Of a stretch of DNA of 64,000 bases, positions 8,137 to 17,666 are shown in pieces. Source of the DNA: a virus. Within the stretch, counting starts at the first letter, position 1. Each line of letters begins with the position of its first letter. A model generated the notes under the pieces. It did no database searches. It saw only the letters and a program-made list of their open reading frames with translations, and was not told the origin of the DNA. The position numbers were made by a program, and so were the translations under genes. Location: positions 1 through 64,000 of the IMG/VR virus record IMGVR_UViG_3300005253_000063. One strand, given 5' to 3'.

Positions 8137-9221
8137 TGTATTCGCTGACTTGTACAACGGGGTAGGAGTTCGGGGATGGGTCGTGCGATCCAGGGGATGT
8201 CGCGCATCGAGCGCGCGTCCTTTGCGAAGTAGATCGACCCGTGCCCCAGCACGTTCACCGCGAAACCGTACCGGTGTTGCGGCTTGGCGCGCAAGATGAG
8301 TGTGGCCTCCTCGACGGCCCCGCAAGGCACGGGCATCTCGGTGCAGTTCGCACCTTCGATGTAGGTGTGCGAGTGGAGCATGTAGTTGACCTCGGGCAGC
8401 GCATCGTACAGCCGTAGCTGGATGGGGGTGTCCACCGAGGGCTTCCGGTCGCCATAGAACGCGACCGAGCCATCCGCGGCCTGCTCGACCGCGACGAACG
8501 CCTCGCGGCCGATGAACCGCTTGTCCACGTTGCGACGCGAGACGAAGATGCGGCCCTCCTGTCGGAACGACGGGAAGCCGCGGGCGCACCGGAAGGACGC
8601 ATTGCCGAGCATCCGCGTGTGGTTGACGCCATGGATGACCTCATGGAAGCGTTCCGCGTGTGTTCGGACCAGGTCGAAGAACTCTGCCTCGTCCGGGACC
8701 CGCACTGCGGGACCGACCGAGCGTGACCCGACCCGAGTGAACGACCGCAGCTGTTCGATGCGGTTGGCAAGGGTCCGAGCCACTTCGCGCACGTCCGGTT
8801 CGTCTAAGCAGTGCGCGACGCCGAGCGGATCGAGCACAGTGCCGCGGACCTTCTCCCGCTCGCCCGAGACCATGAGGACCAGGTTGGCCTTGTGGGTCAA
8901 CGCCCTGGCGACGACGTCTTCGATGGAGTAGTCGTCCCCCGCGAGGTTCCGCTTGCTGGTGACGAGCAGCAGCTTCCGATTGCGGCTCTTGAGACCCTCG
9001 ACGTACTTGGGCAGGTCGTTCTGCAGGTCTGGCATCCAGAGGACGACATCGTAGTAGTCCGCCCCCTGGCGCGCCGCGCGGGGGATGTCCTCGATGGGTC
9101 CGCCATTGACGACGACCGTTCCCGGTAGGTGCGCGTGCAGCTCTACCCCGAGCTTTCGCGCGTACCCGCTGGGCTTGCCGCCGTGCTCATCGAACCGCCC
9201 TGCTACAAGTAGAGTTCTCAT
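8133..9221 (-). CDS. Class II aldolase/adducin-domain protein with extra N-terminal domain
   Basis: GNASFR, PSVDTPIQLRLY, MLHSHTY, GHG (class II aldolase metal-binding motifs); SD AGGAGG. Confidence 0.75.
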   Translation of the reverse strand: MRTLLVAGRFDEHGGKPSGYARKLGVELHAHLPGTVVVNGGPIEDIPRAARQGADYYDVVLWMPDLQNDLPKYVEGLKSRNRKLLLVTSKRNLAGDDYSIEDVVARALTHKANLVLMVSGEREKVRGTVLDPLGVAHCLDEPDVREVARTLANRIEQLRSFTRVGSRSVGPAVRVPDEAEFFDLVRTHAERFHEVIHGVNHTRMLGNASFRCARGFPSFRQEGRIFVSRRNVDKRFIGREAFVAVEQAADGSVAFYGDRKPSVDTPIQLRLYDALPEVNYMLHSHTYIEGANCTEMPVPCGAVEEATLILRAKPQHRYGFAVNVLGHGSIYFAKDARSMRDIPWIARPIPELLPRCTSQRIQ

Positions 9222-9605
9222 TCCAGCCTCCTATATTCAACGACTTGCGCGGCCCCGGCTCTTTTTGCACCTCGGCCCTTCCGGCTTGCCCCCGCCAGTC
9301 CGATTAGAAGGGTATGAATCGACTCGACCGTTGCTCACCGTATACGACAGCTGCGGCCGGCTACTGCTGTGGTGGCAGACTCCCCTGCTCCCCCTGGGTG
9401 GTGTGAGCTTCTCGACCCGACTAACTGTTCCCCCGCGGTCGCTTGCGCCATGGTCCTCTTCAATGTTCGTTCTCTCTCCTACGACCTTGAACGCGAGCCG
9501 GGTATAGTGCCACGTGGAACAGCGCGCCGCTGGGTACGTTGCAGACATCGACCGCGCGCGTAGGTCCGCGAACGTGTCGCGGGGTGTACACGCTTCGAGC
9601 GCGTC

Positions 9606-9634
9606 TTGACGTGCGCGCGGTTCGGGGTTAGCAT
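9606..9634 (+). promoter_or_regulatory. Sigma70-type promoter for the rightward operon
   Basis: TTGACG-17 nt-TAGCAT in the divergent intergenic region, ~25 bp before ATG 9659. Confidence 0.6.
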
Positions 9635-9658
9635 CAGGCGTACCCCTTGGTGCAGTTC

Positions 9659-10441
9659 ATGTCCGCCCGCCGCATCACACGCGAATTCTACGACAAGCTG
9701 GTCGAAGCGTACCGCGAAAACCCATCGAACCATTCCAACGCGGCCACCCACGCCCTCTGTGATAGGCGAACTGCCCGTAGGGGTTGGGAAAAAGGCTGGT
9801 CCGCCGGTCGGAACCCTCTGCCCTGGGCGGGTCCGATATCGCAGCTGATCGCTGAAGAACAGACGATCGCAAGGGCGCGAGTGCTCGACGAACGCAAGCG
9901 CGCGATGGAACCGATCGTCGATGCGGAGTTGCAGACGTCGTACGACCGAGAGAAGGCCGCGAGTCAAGCGATCGACGCGCGCAAGCAAGAGGCGCAGATG
10001 ATTCGGTTGGTGCGCGCCGGCGTGACCAACGAGTTGGCGTCGGTCGCACGGATGCTCCCCGGCATTCAGAAGTGGGCCCAGGTCGCAGCAGAGCAGCTTT
10101 CGGAGACGCAGCCCGACAACCCGGCTGCTGCTGTGAAACTCATGGAGGGGTTGGCGCGCATCACCGACAATCTATCGGGAGCCGCGGACCGTTGCATGGC
10201 GATGGAGCGCAGGTTGCTCGGGGAGCCCGAGTCGATCGTGGGACTGCGCCTGCCGGACATGAGCATGGACGACGCGGTCCGACATATCGAAGCGTCGCAG
10301 CGAACGCTCGCGCGAGCGCGTAGCATGGGTCTGCTGCCGGCGGCGGAGGTTGTTGTTGACGCGGAGCTGGTTGACGAGGACGACGGGTCCGACGCAACAG
10401 ACGGAGCGCTCGCCGCGGACGATGTCAACGCGGTTGCGTGA
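9659..10441 (+). CDS. Putative terminase small subunit or HTH DNA-binding protein
   Basis: N-terminal HTH-like segment, helical middle, acidic tail; first gene of the operon containing TerL. Confidence 0.45.
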   Translation: MSARRITREFYDKLVEAYRENPSNHSNAATHALCDRRTARRGWEKGWSAGRNPLPWAGPISQLIAEEQTIARARVLDERKRAMEPIVDAELQTSYDREKAASQAIDARKQEAQMIRLVRAGVTNELASVARMLPGIQKWAQVAAEQLSETQPDNPAAAVKLMEGLARITDNLSGAADRCMAMERRLLGEPESIVGLRLPDMSMDDAVRHIEASQRTLARARSMGLLPAAEVVVDAELVDEDDGSDATDGALAADDVNAVA

Positions 10442-10830
10442 GGACGCGGTCGTCTCCAGGGGCGCATCGGCACGCGATCGACGGCTCCGGGCGGCGCGGG
10501 TAGGCTGCCTAAGTGCGCGGAATCATTACCGCGGTGACCCCTAATGATTCCCCCAACTTAGACACCCCTGATCCCCGTTCACCCCCCCTACCAATTTGCG
10601 GCAATTTTCGCGGAAAAAGTCGGCAGGGCAGTGAGTCGCGACCGAGGTGCAGCGCGGTCGGGTGATTTGCGACCGGCGCAGTTGGTCGCGAGCTGCACGT
10701 TGCGGCGGTGTAGGTTGTGGCACGACCGATTCCACACAAAAATCGCGCAGAAAATTCCCCGGGTCGGCGGTGTAGTACGACAGGCAGCGGTTGGCGTTGA
10801 AAGGCGCAGTCGGCGCGCAAGTCGGGGAAG

Positions 10831-11286
10831 ATGGGAATGAAAGCGCGCAAGCGGCGGCGTCCTCGAGGGCTGGGAGTCTGCCAGAGGCCCGACCGGGACG
10901 AGCCTCGCCTCAAGTGCGGGTATCCGCGACCCTGCCCGTGGCATTCATTAGAGATAGACCTCGGGCGGACTCCGGCGACTGTCGCGGTCCCGGTGACGGC
11001 TCTACCCGAGTCGGCGGCGGTCGCACGGGTCACGGAAGCCGCGCACGCTCTCGCAACCGAGAAGGAGAGTCCTTCGGACGAGTACGGTCGGGGCTACAAG
11101 GAGCAGCAGTTCAGGGACGAATTGAAGGACATGCACGAGCAGCGTCGGCAGCTAACAGCCCGGGTAGTTGTTCTAGAGGAGGCGCTGAAGCAAGGCATCG
11201 CCGGCCTCTCCGTAATTCCATTGCCGCACGCCGAGGACGTCGCCGACCGGATGCGCCGCGCTCTCGCCACTCAGGAGGAAAAATGA
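10831..11286 (+). CDS. Hypothetical protein (Cys/His N-terminus, coiled coil)
   Basis: CGYPRPCPWH; coupled to next gene. Confidence 0.55.
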   Translation: MGMKARKRRRPRGLGVCQRPDRDEPRLKCGYPRPCPWHSLEIDLGRTPATVAVPVTALPESAAVARVTEAAHALATEKESPSDEYGRGYKEQQFRDELKDMHEQRRQLTARVVVLEEALKQGIAGLSVIPLPHAEDVADRMRRALATQEEK

Positions 11287-11522
11287 TCAGATGGTGGAGG
11301 TTGTGGCGACTGAAGGCTTGGGAACGACATCTACGCGCAGCGCAGATCCGCATAGACGTGTTCAAGGAAAACAAATACGAGTGGGATCCCCGCCAGCGCG
11401 AGCATCGCCTGAACATGCTCGAACACGACTGCGCGCTCGCTGCGTTCGAGGTCGAGTCGCGCAAGGCGATCTTGTGGCCCGATCCGAAGCTACTGCCGTT
11501 GGCAAAGGTGCGCGATGAGTGA
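11283..11522 (+). CDS. Hypothetical protein, paralog of 6725-7000
   Basis: ATG 11283 after AGGAGG. Confidence 0.65.
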   Translation: MIRWWRLWRLKAWERHLRAAQIRIDVFKENKYEWDPRQREHRLNMLEHDCALAAFEVESRKAILWPDPKLLPLAKVRDE

Positions 11523-11615
11523 ACGATTGCATCTGGATAGCCGAATGGTGCTTACCGCCCGCCCGCCCGATACCTCATCCGTGATAGAGCTGGACGGTGG
11601 AAGATACGCGAGACG

Positions 11616-11978
11616 ATGACTGCCACCGGCTACCATCGCGGAAACTTGATGTACTTTGACAGCGCCGCGCAAGCATGGTGCTACATGGACACTGAGCAGC
11701 CGGTCGCCGACGCGCCGGACAGGCAGTGCGGGTTCTGTGGGCTCGGTAGCACGCCGGAAGGACATGACGGATGCTTGGGCGCGTTGCCGGGAGTGATGAA
11801 TGCGTGTTGCGGGCACGGACGGCAAAAAGAAGCCTACGTGCAGTTCAACCCGGACGCGCGGATCAGCGGTACCGAAGCGTTGAACTGGATCATGGCTACA
11901 ACAATCCGCCTCACCGTTCATGGGGAGGATGCGGACGAAATGCTCGACAAACCGATGTCCACCGCCGTGAAGCCGTAG
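11616..11978 (+). CDS. Hypothetical Cys-rich phage protein
   Basis: CGFCG...GHDGCLGALPGVMNACCGHG. Confidence 0.7.
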   Translation: MTATGYHRGNLMYFDSAAQAWCYMDTEQPVADAPDRQCGFCGLGSTPEGHDGCLGALPGVMNACCGHGRQKEAYVQFNPDARISGTEALNWIMATTIRLTVHGEDADEMLDKPMSTAVKP

Positions 11979-11996
11979 GTTGCGAAGGTGAAGTAG

Positions 11997-12377
11997 ATGA
12001 ACGCTCACGACACGGTGTATGCCGAGCTAGACCGACTGGAGCCCAACGTCAAGCGGACGCTGCTCCAGACCGTTTGGACCAACTACTTCGAGGCGGACTC
12101 CGAGTTACGCGCTTGGGTCCTGCGGCGGAGCGCGACTCACGGCGTTGCGGACGAGCTGCGCGCGGCGGATGCGAGATGGCGGCTTCGAGAGAAAGCCAAG
12201 CTGCGCGGCAACGTCCACTTGATTGGTTGCAAGCCGAACGGTCTGGTGACGATCATGGCTCCGCCCGCCCAACTGTCAAAGGAGAACGCGCTGGAGTTCG
12301 CTGCGCGGGTCGTCGCGATGGCGATGCCCGACGATGGCGAGTTCGAGCAGGTCCTCGATGCGGTCCGCAACACGTGA
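11997..12377 (+). CDS. Hypothetical protein with internal ADARWRL motif
   Basis: Stop TGA lies inside the first array repeat cgTGAgcc. Confidence 0.6.
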   Translation: MNAHDTVYAELDRLEPNVKRTLLQTVWTNYFEADSELRAWVLRRSATHGVADELRAADARWRLREKAKLRGNVHLIGCKPNGLVTIMAPPAQLSKENALEFAARVVAMAMPDDGEFEQVLDAVRNT

Positions 12378-12528
12378 GCCATGGGTAGAGCGGCATCCCC
12401 ACTACACAAGCGCGAGCCGATGTACACGCGACACCCCTTCGAGAGACGCGAGCCGCAGTTTTCACGATCACCCACAGTCAGAGCGCGAGCCGATCGGGTT
12501 GCGAAAAGCCGCGGTCGATGCGCAAGTC
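12373..12528 (+). repeat. TIGR-like array 1 (4 units)
   Basis: Edge repeats at 12373, 12411, 12447, 12484, 12521 with CGACACCC-like loop repeats midway. Confidence 0.8.
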
Positions 12529-12535
12529 TAAAGGC

Positions 12536-12733
12536 ATGGCCGAACCAGTACGCATCTCCGATGTGACCGTGGTCCGCGAGACGGACCTGGCACTGCTCTG
12601 CGATATCGAGGGCGAGGAATATTGGATTCCCAAGTCGCAGATCCACGATGACTCGGAGGTGTACGAAGACGGCACCGAAGGCGACCTTGTCATCAGCGCG
12701 TGGCTCGCGAAACAAAAGGATCTTGCGGGGTGA
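12536..12733 (+). CDS. Small acidic phage protein between arrays 1 and 2
   Basis: ETDLALLCDIEGEEYWIPKSQI...WLAKQK. Confidence 0.75.
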   Translation: MAEPVRISDVTVVRETDLALLCDIEGEEYWIPKSQIHDDSEVYEDGTEGDLVISAWLAKQKDLAG

Positions 12734-12734
12734 A

Positions 12735-13570
12735 CGCGAGCTGTCAACGAAGCGGTACCCTATTAGCCGACGCGAGCCGACGCCAAAGCGACAACCTAGG
12801 CAGAGACGCGAGCCACCGACTTGACGACACCCGTCCATCTGGCGCGAGCCGCAATCGTAACGTCGCCCAGAACTAAGGCGCGAGCCGCGGTTGTAGCGTC
12901 ACCCGCAGTTGCCATGCGAGCCACTTTGCGGACGACACCCTATCTTCGCGCGCGTGCCGATTGTCGTGCGACCCCCGATGGCTTCACGCGTGCCGTGCCT
13001 AATGCGTAACCCGGAGATGAGACGCGAGCCTTGGCTCAAACGGCTCCCAGTCGTCGACGCGCGAGCCATACGAGTTGCGACACCCGCTGGACCCGAGCGA
13101 GCCGTATCACACGCGCCAACCATCAAACACACGCGAGCCGGATAGGCAACGACCTCCATGCACAAAGCGCGAGCCGATCAGAGGACGTCACCCTACCAAG
13201 CGGCGCGTGCCTCTTCAACACACGACACCCGTCACAGATGCGCGAGCCCATGCTCACGCGACACCCAACGGACCTACGCGTGCCTGCAAGACTCGTTACC
13301 CGTCTTCGCAGCGCGTGCCAGATAAGAAGCGACTTCCGATGTATGAGCGCGAGCCCCAACTCCAACGACCCCCGCTGTGGTTGCGCGAGCCTTGATAGAT
13401 GCGACCTCCGTTGCTCCAACGCGAGCCGTGTCCGTATGACCCCCTATGGATCTACGCGAGTCGAAGATGTAGCGACACCCGTTCAAGCAGCACGAGCCTT
13501 CCCAAGCACGACATCCTCGCCTGCCGCGCGAGCCTTGTGAGCAGCGACACCCACGCAGCGAATGCGGGCC
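12735..13570 (+). repeat. TIGR-like array 2 (23 units of ~36 bp)
   Basis: CGCG(A/T)GCC at 12735, 12771, 12807, 12843, 12879, 12915, 12951, 12987, 13023, 13060...13527, 13563; loop repeat CGACACCC-like; two unique ~10-nt segments per unit. Confidence 0.93.
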
Positions 13571-13595
13571 AACAAACAGTCAACCGGAGGATCGA

Positions 13596-13802
13596 ATGAG
13601 TCGAACCAAGAAGGGTGTAGTTGTATCGCAAGAGCGGTCATTGCAGGGACCTGCAGGAGACGCCGAGGACGGTAAGGGCGAGTCCATCAACGTGACGGTC
13701 ATGCTCGACGAAAATTTCTCAATGCGATTCGAACTGCCGGCTGAGGAAGCGTCGGAGTGGTACGTCGGGCGGAAGGTCAAGTTGAAGTTGCAGGCGGACT
13801 GA
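13596..13802 (+). CDS. Hypothetical protein
   Basis: SD GGAGG; TGATG coupling to the methylase. Confidence 0.65.
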   Translation: MSRTKKGVVVSQERSLQGPAGDAEDGKGESINVTVMLDENFSMRFELPAEEASEWYVGRKVKLKLQAD

Positions 13803-14572
13803 TGGTCGACGTGCTGGTCGAGCTGTGTGCTGGGTCGGCGGCGTTGACGCGGTGGTGTAGCGGAGGATGGAAACTCGTTTCGTACGCGGGTGGCAAGGAC
13901 GGCTACGCGGAGATCATCGCGGACCTCATGGACCTACGGCGCGTCGAGCGAGTCCTCCTCGCGGAGCCTGGGATTTGGCACGACGTCTGGGTTGCTTTGA
14001 CGTGGGGTCTCTCGGATCGCGTCGCTGACGTGGTCGAGCAGTGGCAGTATGAGGACGCGCGGACGCTCTGGGATGCACTTCGTGGCGGTCGTGGTCAACA
14101 CGACCACGAGTGGGTCCGTGCGGCACGTGCATTGGTTCTCGTTGCGGGGACGCACGGCGGACACGAGCGCGGCGGATTCAAGGGCCTCCACGTCAACCGT
14201 CCGAGTGTCGACGGCTTCATCCCGTCGCGCGGTTCACTCGCGTGGCGGCTCCGCGAGGTACCCGAGCTTCCGCCAATCGAAGTCTTCAAGTATGCGGCCG
14301 ACGTCGAGCCGTTCGCCGGCGCCTGCGTCTACATCGATCCGCCGTACAAGGGGCGGTCGGGTTACGATCACGCGCTGACGCGGTTCGAGGTCATCGAGCT
14401 TGCGATGGCGTGGAAGAATGCGGGCGCCCGCGTCGTGGCCGTGTCGGAGGCGGCGCCTCTTCAATTCGACGACAGTTGGACGACACACGAACTCACGGCG
14501 GCTCGGCGTGGTCAGGTGCGCCGCAATTCCAGATCGGCGCAGGAGTGGTTGACGGTGTACAAGAAGACGTGA
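13802..14572 (+). CDS. DNA adenine methyltransferase (D12/Dam-like)
   Basis: ELCAGSAA, SYAGGK and catalytic YIDPPY motifs. Confidence 0.8.
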   Translation: MVDVLVELCAGSAALTRWCSGGWKLVSYAGGKDGYAEIIADLMDLRRVERVLLAEPGIWHDVWVALTWGLSDRVADVVEQWQYEDARTLWDALRGGRGQHDHEWVRAARALVLVAGTHGGHERGGFKGLHVNRPSVDGFIPSRGSLAWRLREVPELPPIEVFKYAADVEPFAGACVYIDPPYKGRSGYDHALTRFEVIELAMAWKNAGARVVAVSEAAPLQFDDSWTTHELTAARRGQVRRNSRSAQEWLTVYKKT

Positions 14573-14647
14573 GCCGTGCACGCAGCGACATCCGCACTTG
14601 CAACGCGAGCCGTGCACCCAGCGACAACCAAACGCGAAGCGCGATAC
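14568..14647 (+). repeat. TIGR-like array 3 (2 units)
   Basis: Edge repeats at 14568, 14604, 14640; loops CGACATCC and CGACAACC. Confidence 0.8.
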
Positions 14648-14657
14648 AGTCCTAGCG

Positions 14658-15104
14658 ATGGCTGACGAGCTGCCACCTTTCGATCCTGAGAAGTTCGACG
14701 GCATCGCCGTCACCCACGAGCGCCTGCTTTGCGCGCGTCACGGCGAGCCGTATCGCGCGCAGTGGCCGAAGGGTTTCGCGATCACGGTGGTCGCGCTGAT
14801 GGACTACATCTTCAAGCGTGACGACGTGGCGGCCGAGGCGCGCGAGTTGGCTGGTTGCGGGCCGGGCGACAAGCCGGAGCCGAAGGTCGTTGAGCAGGTT
14901 CTCGATCGGATTCCCGCCTGCTGCCGTGTGCACACCAAGCAGCTCCGCGAGGTCTACGTCAAAGCGAAGATCGGAACGCGTGCGCGCTGCGAGGATTGTC
15001 GACGGAAACGGTTTGGTACAAGCTACCTCTCGCAGGAGCGCGAGTTCGCGCATCTGTGCTTCGACTGCGTGCTCGACCCGGATCGCTGGAGGTCGTACAA
15101 CTGA
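14658..15104 (+). CDS. Hypothetical Cys-rich protein
   Basis: LCARHGEP...CEDC...CFDC. Confidence 0.65.
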   Translation: MADELPPFDPEKFDGIAVTHERLLCARHGEPYRAQWPKGFAITVVALMDYIFKRDDVAAEARELAGCGPGDKPEPKVVEQVLDRIPACCRVHTKQLREVYVKAKIGTRARCEDCRRKRFGTSYLSQEREFAHLCFDCVLDPDRWRSYN

Positions 15105-15217
15105 TGGGCAAACGTCTGGACTTGTTCAAGCACTTCTTCATGACCGGCTCGTTGCCGCTGCTCGTCTTCTTCATCGTCCTTGCGGTGGGGGTGCTGCTCG
15201 TGGTGTGGTTGAGGTAG
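15104..15217 (+). CDS. Small single-TM membrane protein
   Basis: LPLLVFFIVLAVGVLLVVWLR; TGATG coupling. Confidence 0.5.
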   Translation: MGKRLDLFKHFFMTGSLPLLVFFIVLAVGVLLVVWLR

Positions 15218-15218
15218 C

Positions 15219-16721
15219 TTGAGCGCACAACAGCAACGACCCGACGAGACCATGGCGGAAGTGCATGATCGTGCACGTCGACAGGTCGCGCTGCGCGTTC
15301 AGGTTGCACGTGGCAACGTCAATGAATTTTGCGAGCTGGTCCTCAAAGATGAGCAGACCGGGCAGCCGATTGAGCAGGCGTCGATCCATGAGGAATGGCA
15401 CCAGCTTGCCGAAGAGAACGATCGCGTAATCTTGTGGTCATTCACCGAAGGCGGGAAGACACAGCAGCTCTCGATCGCGCGCACGCTGCACGCGCTCGGT
15501 CGTGACACGAGCACACGCGTTGCGATCATCTCGAACACGCACGAGCAGGCGTCGAAGGTCATTCGCGCGGTCGCACACTTTATCGAGAAGTCCGAAGACT
15601 TGCGCGTGGTCTTCCCCGACCTAAAGAAGTCGGAGCCCTGGACCGGGCATCACCTCTACATCGACCGTTTGTTCCGCGCAAAAGATCCGAGCGTTCAGGC
15701 ATGCGGCGTTCACGGCGCGATCGTCGGCTCTCGCATCGATCTGCTCATCCTCGACGACATACTCGACTACGAGAACTGCCAGACCGTTGCTGCTCGCCAA
15801 GACCTTTGGGACTGGTACCACTCCGCGCTCGCCAGCCGTTTGACGGATCGCGCCCGCGTGCTCATCATTGGCACCGCGTTCCACCCCGAAGATTTGCTGC
15901 ACCGGCTCGCGGGGAATCCAGCTTGGATTGCAAAGCGCTTCCCCGTCATCTCCGACGCCGGTGTCTCCGCTTGGCCGGAGAAGTGGTCGGCGTCCCGCAT
16001 CCAGCGCCGCCGCGAGGAGCTGGGTCCGCTGGAGTTCAGCCGGCAGATGCTGTGCAAGGCGCGCGACGAGTCGCAGGCGCGGTTCCAGCGTGAGTGGATC
16101 GATCGGTGTATCGCAGAGGGCTCGGGGATGCGTCTCGTTCGTTCGCTCGCCGAGTTCGAGCAGCTCGATCCCGAGCTACACAAAATGGTCCAAGATGGGG
16201 AATGTTCAACGTACACCGGTGTCGACCTTGCGGTGCAACGCCACTCTGCGGCGGGACTCACCGTACTCTTCACGATCCTTGTCGACCCTGACGACTGTCG
16301 GCAGGTTCTTGCAATCGAAGCGGGTCGCTGGTCGGGGCCCGATATCGTTCGTCGTATCGTCGGCGCACACCAACGGTTCAACTCAGTGGTCGTTGTCGAG
16401 AACAACGCGGCGCAGGACTTCGTGCTTCAGTTCGCTCGCGAGGCGAGTGCAGTTCCGATCATGCCGTTCACTACTGGGCGCAACAAGGCGCATCCCGAGT
16501 TCGGCATCGAGTCGCTCGCGGCGGAGATGGCCGGTGGCAAGTGGCTCATCCCAAACGATGGCGGCAAGCTCGACCCCGAAGTCGAGGCATGGATCAGCGA
16601 GATGTTGTACTACGACCCGCGCTCGCACACAGGTGACCGGCTTATGGGATGCTGGTTTTCGCGCGAAGGTGCACGACTCGGCGGCCATAATTGTGCGGTG
16701 AATGCGCGGATCATCGGGTAA
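15219..16721 (+). CDS. terL: Terminase large subunit
   Basis: Walker A-like EGGKT, Walker B LLILDD, coupling motif IGT, nuclease GVDLA...VENNAAQ...HTGDRLM. Confidence 0.92.
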   Translation: MSAQQQRPDETMAEVHDRARRQVALRVQVARGNVNEFCELVLKDEQTGQPIEQASIHEEWHQLAEENDRVILWSFTEGGKTQQLSIARTLHALGRDTSTRVAIISNTHEQASKVIRAVAHFIEKSEDLRVVFPDLKKSEPWTGHHLYIDRLFRAKDPSVQACGVHGAIVGSRIDLLILDDILDYENCQTVAARQDLWDWYHSALASRLTDRARVLIIGTAFHPEDLLHRLAGNPAWIAKRFPVISDAGVSAWPEKWSASRIQRRREELGPLEFSRQMLCKARDESQARFQREWIDRCIAEGSGMRLVRSLAEFEQLDPELHKMVQDGECSTYTGVDLAVQRHSAAGLTVLFTILVDPDDCRQVLAIEAGRWSGPDIVRRIVGAHQRFNSVVVVENNAAQDFVLQFAREASAVPIMPFTTGRNKAHPEFGIESLAAEMAGGKWLIPNDGGKLDPEVEAWISEMLYYDPRSHTGDRLMGCWFSREGARLGGHNCAVNARIIG

Positions 16722-16748
16722 AAAGCGCGAAGTTCGTACAAGTCAAAC

Positions 16749-17045
16749 GTAGAGCCGTAGCACTTGCGGCGACCGAAGTTCCGACGCGAGCCATGAGGGA
16801 TTCGACAACCAGTCATTGAAATGCGAGCCGACCAGAGGACGTCATCCACGCCACGAGTGCGAGCCTTGTCTCAAACGTTCTCCAAAGAAGATGCGCGAGC
16901 CTTCGTACCGACGTCGCCCGCTATCTCTGCGCGAGCCGATCAGCGCGGGCCAACCATGGATGGATTGCGAGCCGAACACTTTGCGTCGACCGTCGCCATA
17001 ACGCGAGCCGCATGCTTCACGACATCCAATAGACGAGCGCGAGCC
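16749..17045 (+). repeat. TIGR-like array 4 (8 units)
   Basis: Edge repeats at 16749, 16785, 16822, 16858, 16894, 16930, 16966, 17002, 17038. Confidence 0.9.
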
Positions 17046-17046
17046 G

Positions 17047-17304
17047 ATGACTGCTTACTTCCCCGGCACCCTACGTTGCGATGAGTGCGGTGAGATGCGC
17101 ACTGCGAAGTTCGCGCTCACGAGCAGGGGAGTAACGGTCGTGCCGAGCATGCTGATAGACAGTTGGACGGCGGTCGAGAACCCGAGGACGCCGCTCGAAC
17201 CAACGCCGATGCTCTGTTCCGACAAGTGTCTCTTGGCCCACGACGCGCGCAAACGTCTTACGTCGGAGGTCATCGCCGGGCGCGTGGAGATCAAGAAGGC
17301 GTGA
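17047..17304 (+). CDS. Hypothetical zinc-binding protein with HDARKRL motif
   Basis: CDEC...CSDKC; ATG directly follows the last edge repeat. Confidence 0.6.
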   Translation: MTAYFPGTLRCDECGEMRTAKFALTSRGVTVVPSMLIDSWTAVENPRTPLEPTPMLCSDKCLLAHDARKRLTSEVIAGRVEIKKA

Positions 17305-17666
17305 TCGAACTAGTCTCAACCCTCTGTGTCGACTGCGGTGCACCGGTCGGCCCCGACGAGCAGCAGTGTGCGGAATGTTCCGACGCGCGGGATGCCCGTT
17401 GGCGTCTTGACGGGATGGAGCCAGACGAGGGTGCGCAGATTGTCTGCGACCACGTCACCAACAGTATCCTTCGTCTATGCAAAGATGGCGTGCTTCGCCA
17501 CGATCTCCTTGGTCGGCTCTTCGTACACTTCAAGAAGTGGCACCCGGAGATCGAAAGTATTGAGAGCGACCATGACGTCTTGAGAGACGCGCTCATCTTG
17601 CGCGTGAAGTTGTACGGTAAGCCCGCCGTAGAAACGTTGGTCCTTAGTCGGGAGCTATTTCAATGA
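17301..17666 (+). CDS. Hypothetical zinc-ribbon protein with RDARWRL motif
   Basis: GTG overlap; CVDCG...CAEC. Confidence 0.6.
   Translation: MIELVSTLCVDCGAPVGPDEQQCAECSDARDARWRLDGMEPDEGAQIVCDHVTNSILRLCKDGVLRHDLLGRLFVHFKKWHPEIESIESDHDVLRDALILRVKLYGKPAVETLVLSRELFQ

Noticed and set aside
12735-13570. CRISPR array interpretation
   Set aside because: Repeats are two alternating 8-bp motifs with ~10-nt variable segments, not 23-47-bp repeats with ~30-nt spacers; no cas genes in the window
12821-13599. ORFs across the array (e.g. 13031-13540, 13075-13395, 16816-17001)
   Set aside because: Products of 36-bp periodicity (recurring REP/RA/AS); occasional 35- and 37-bp units break frame, arguing against coding
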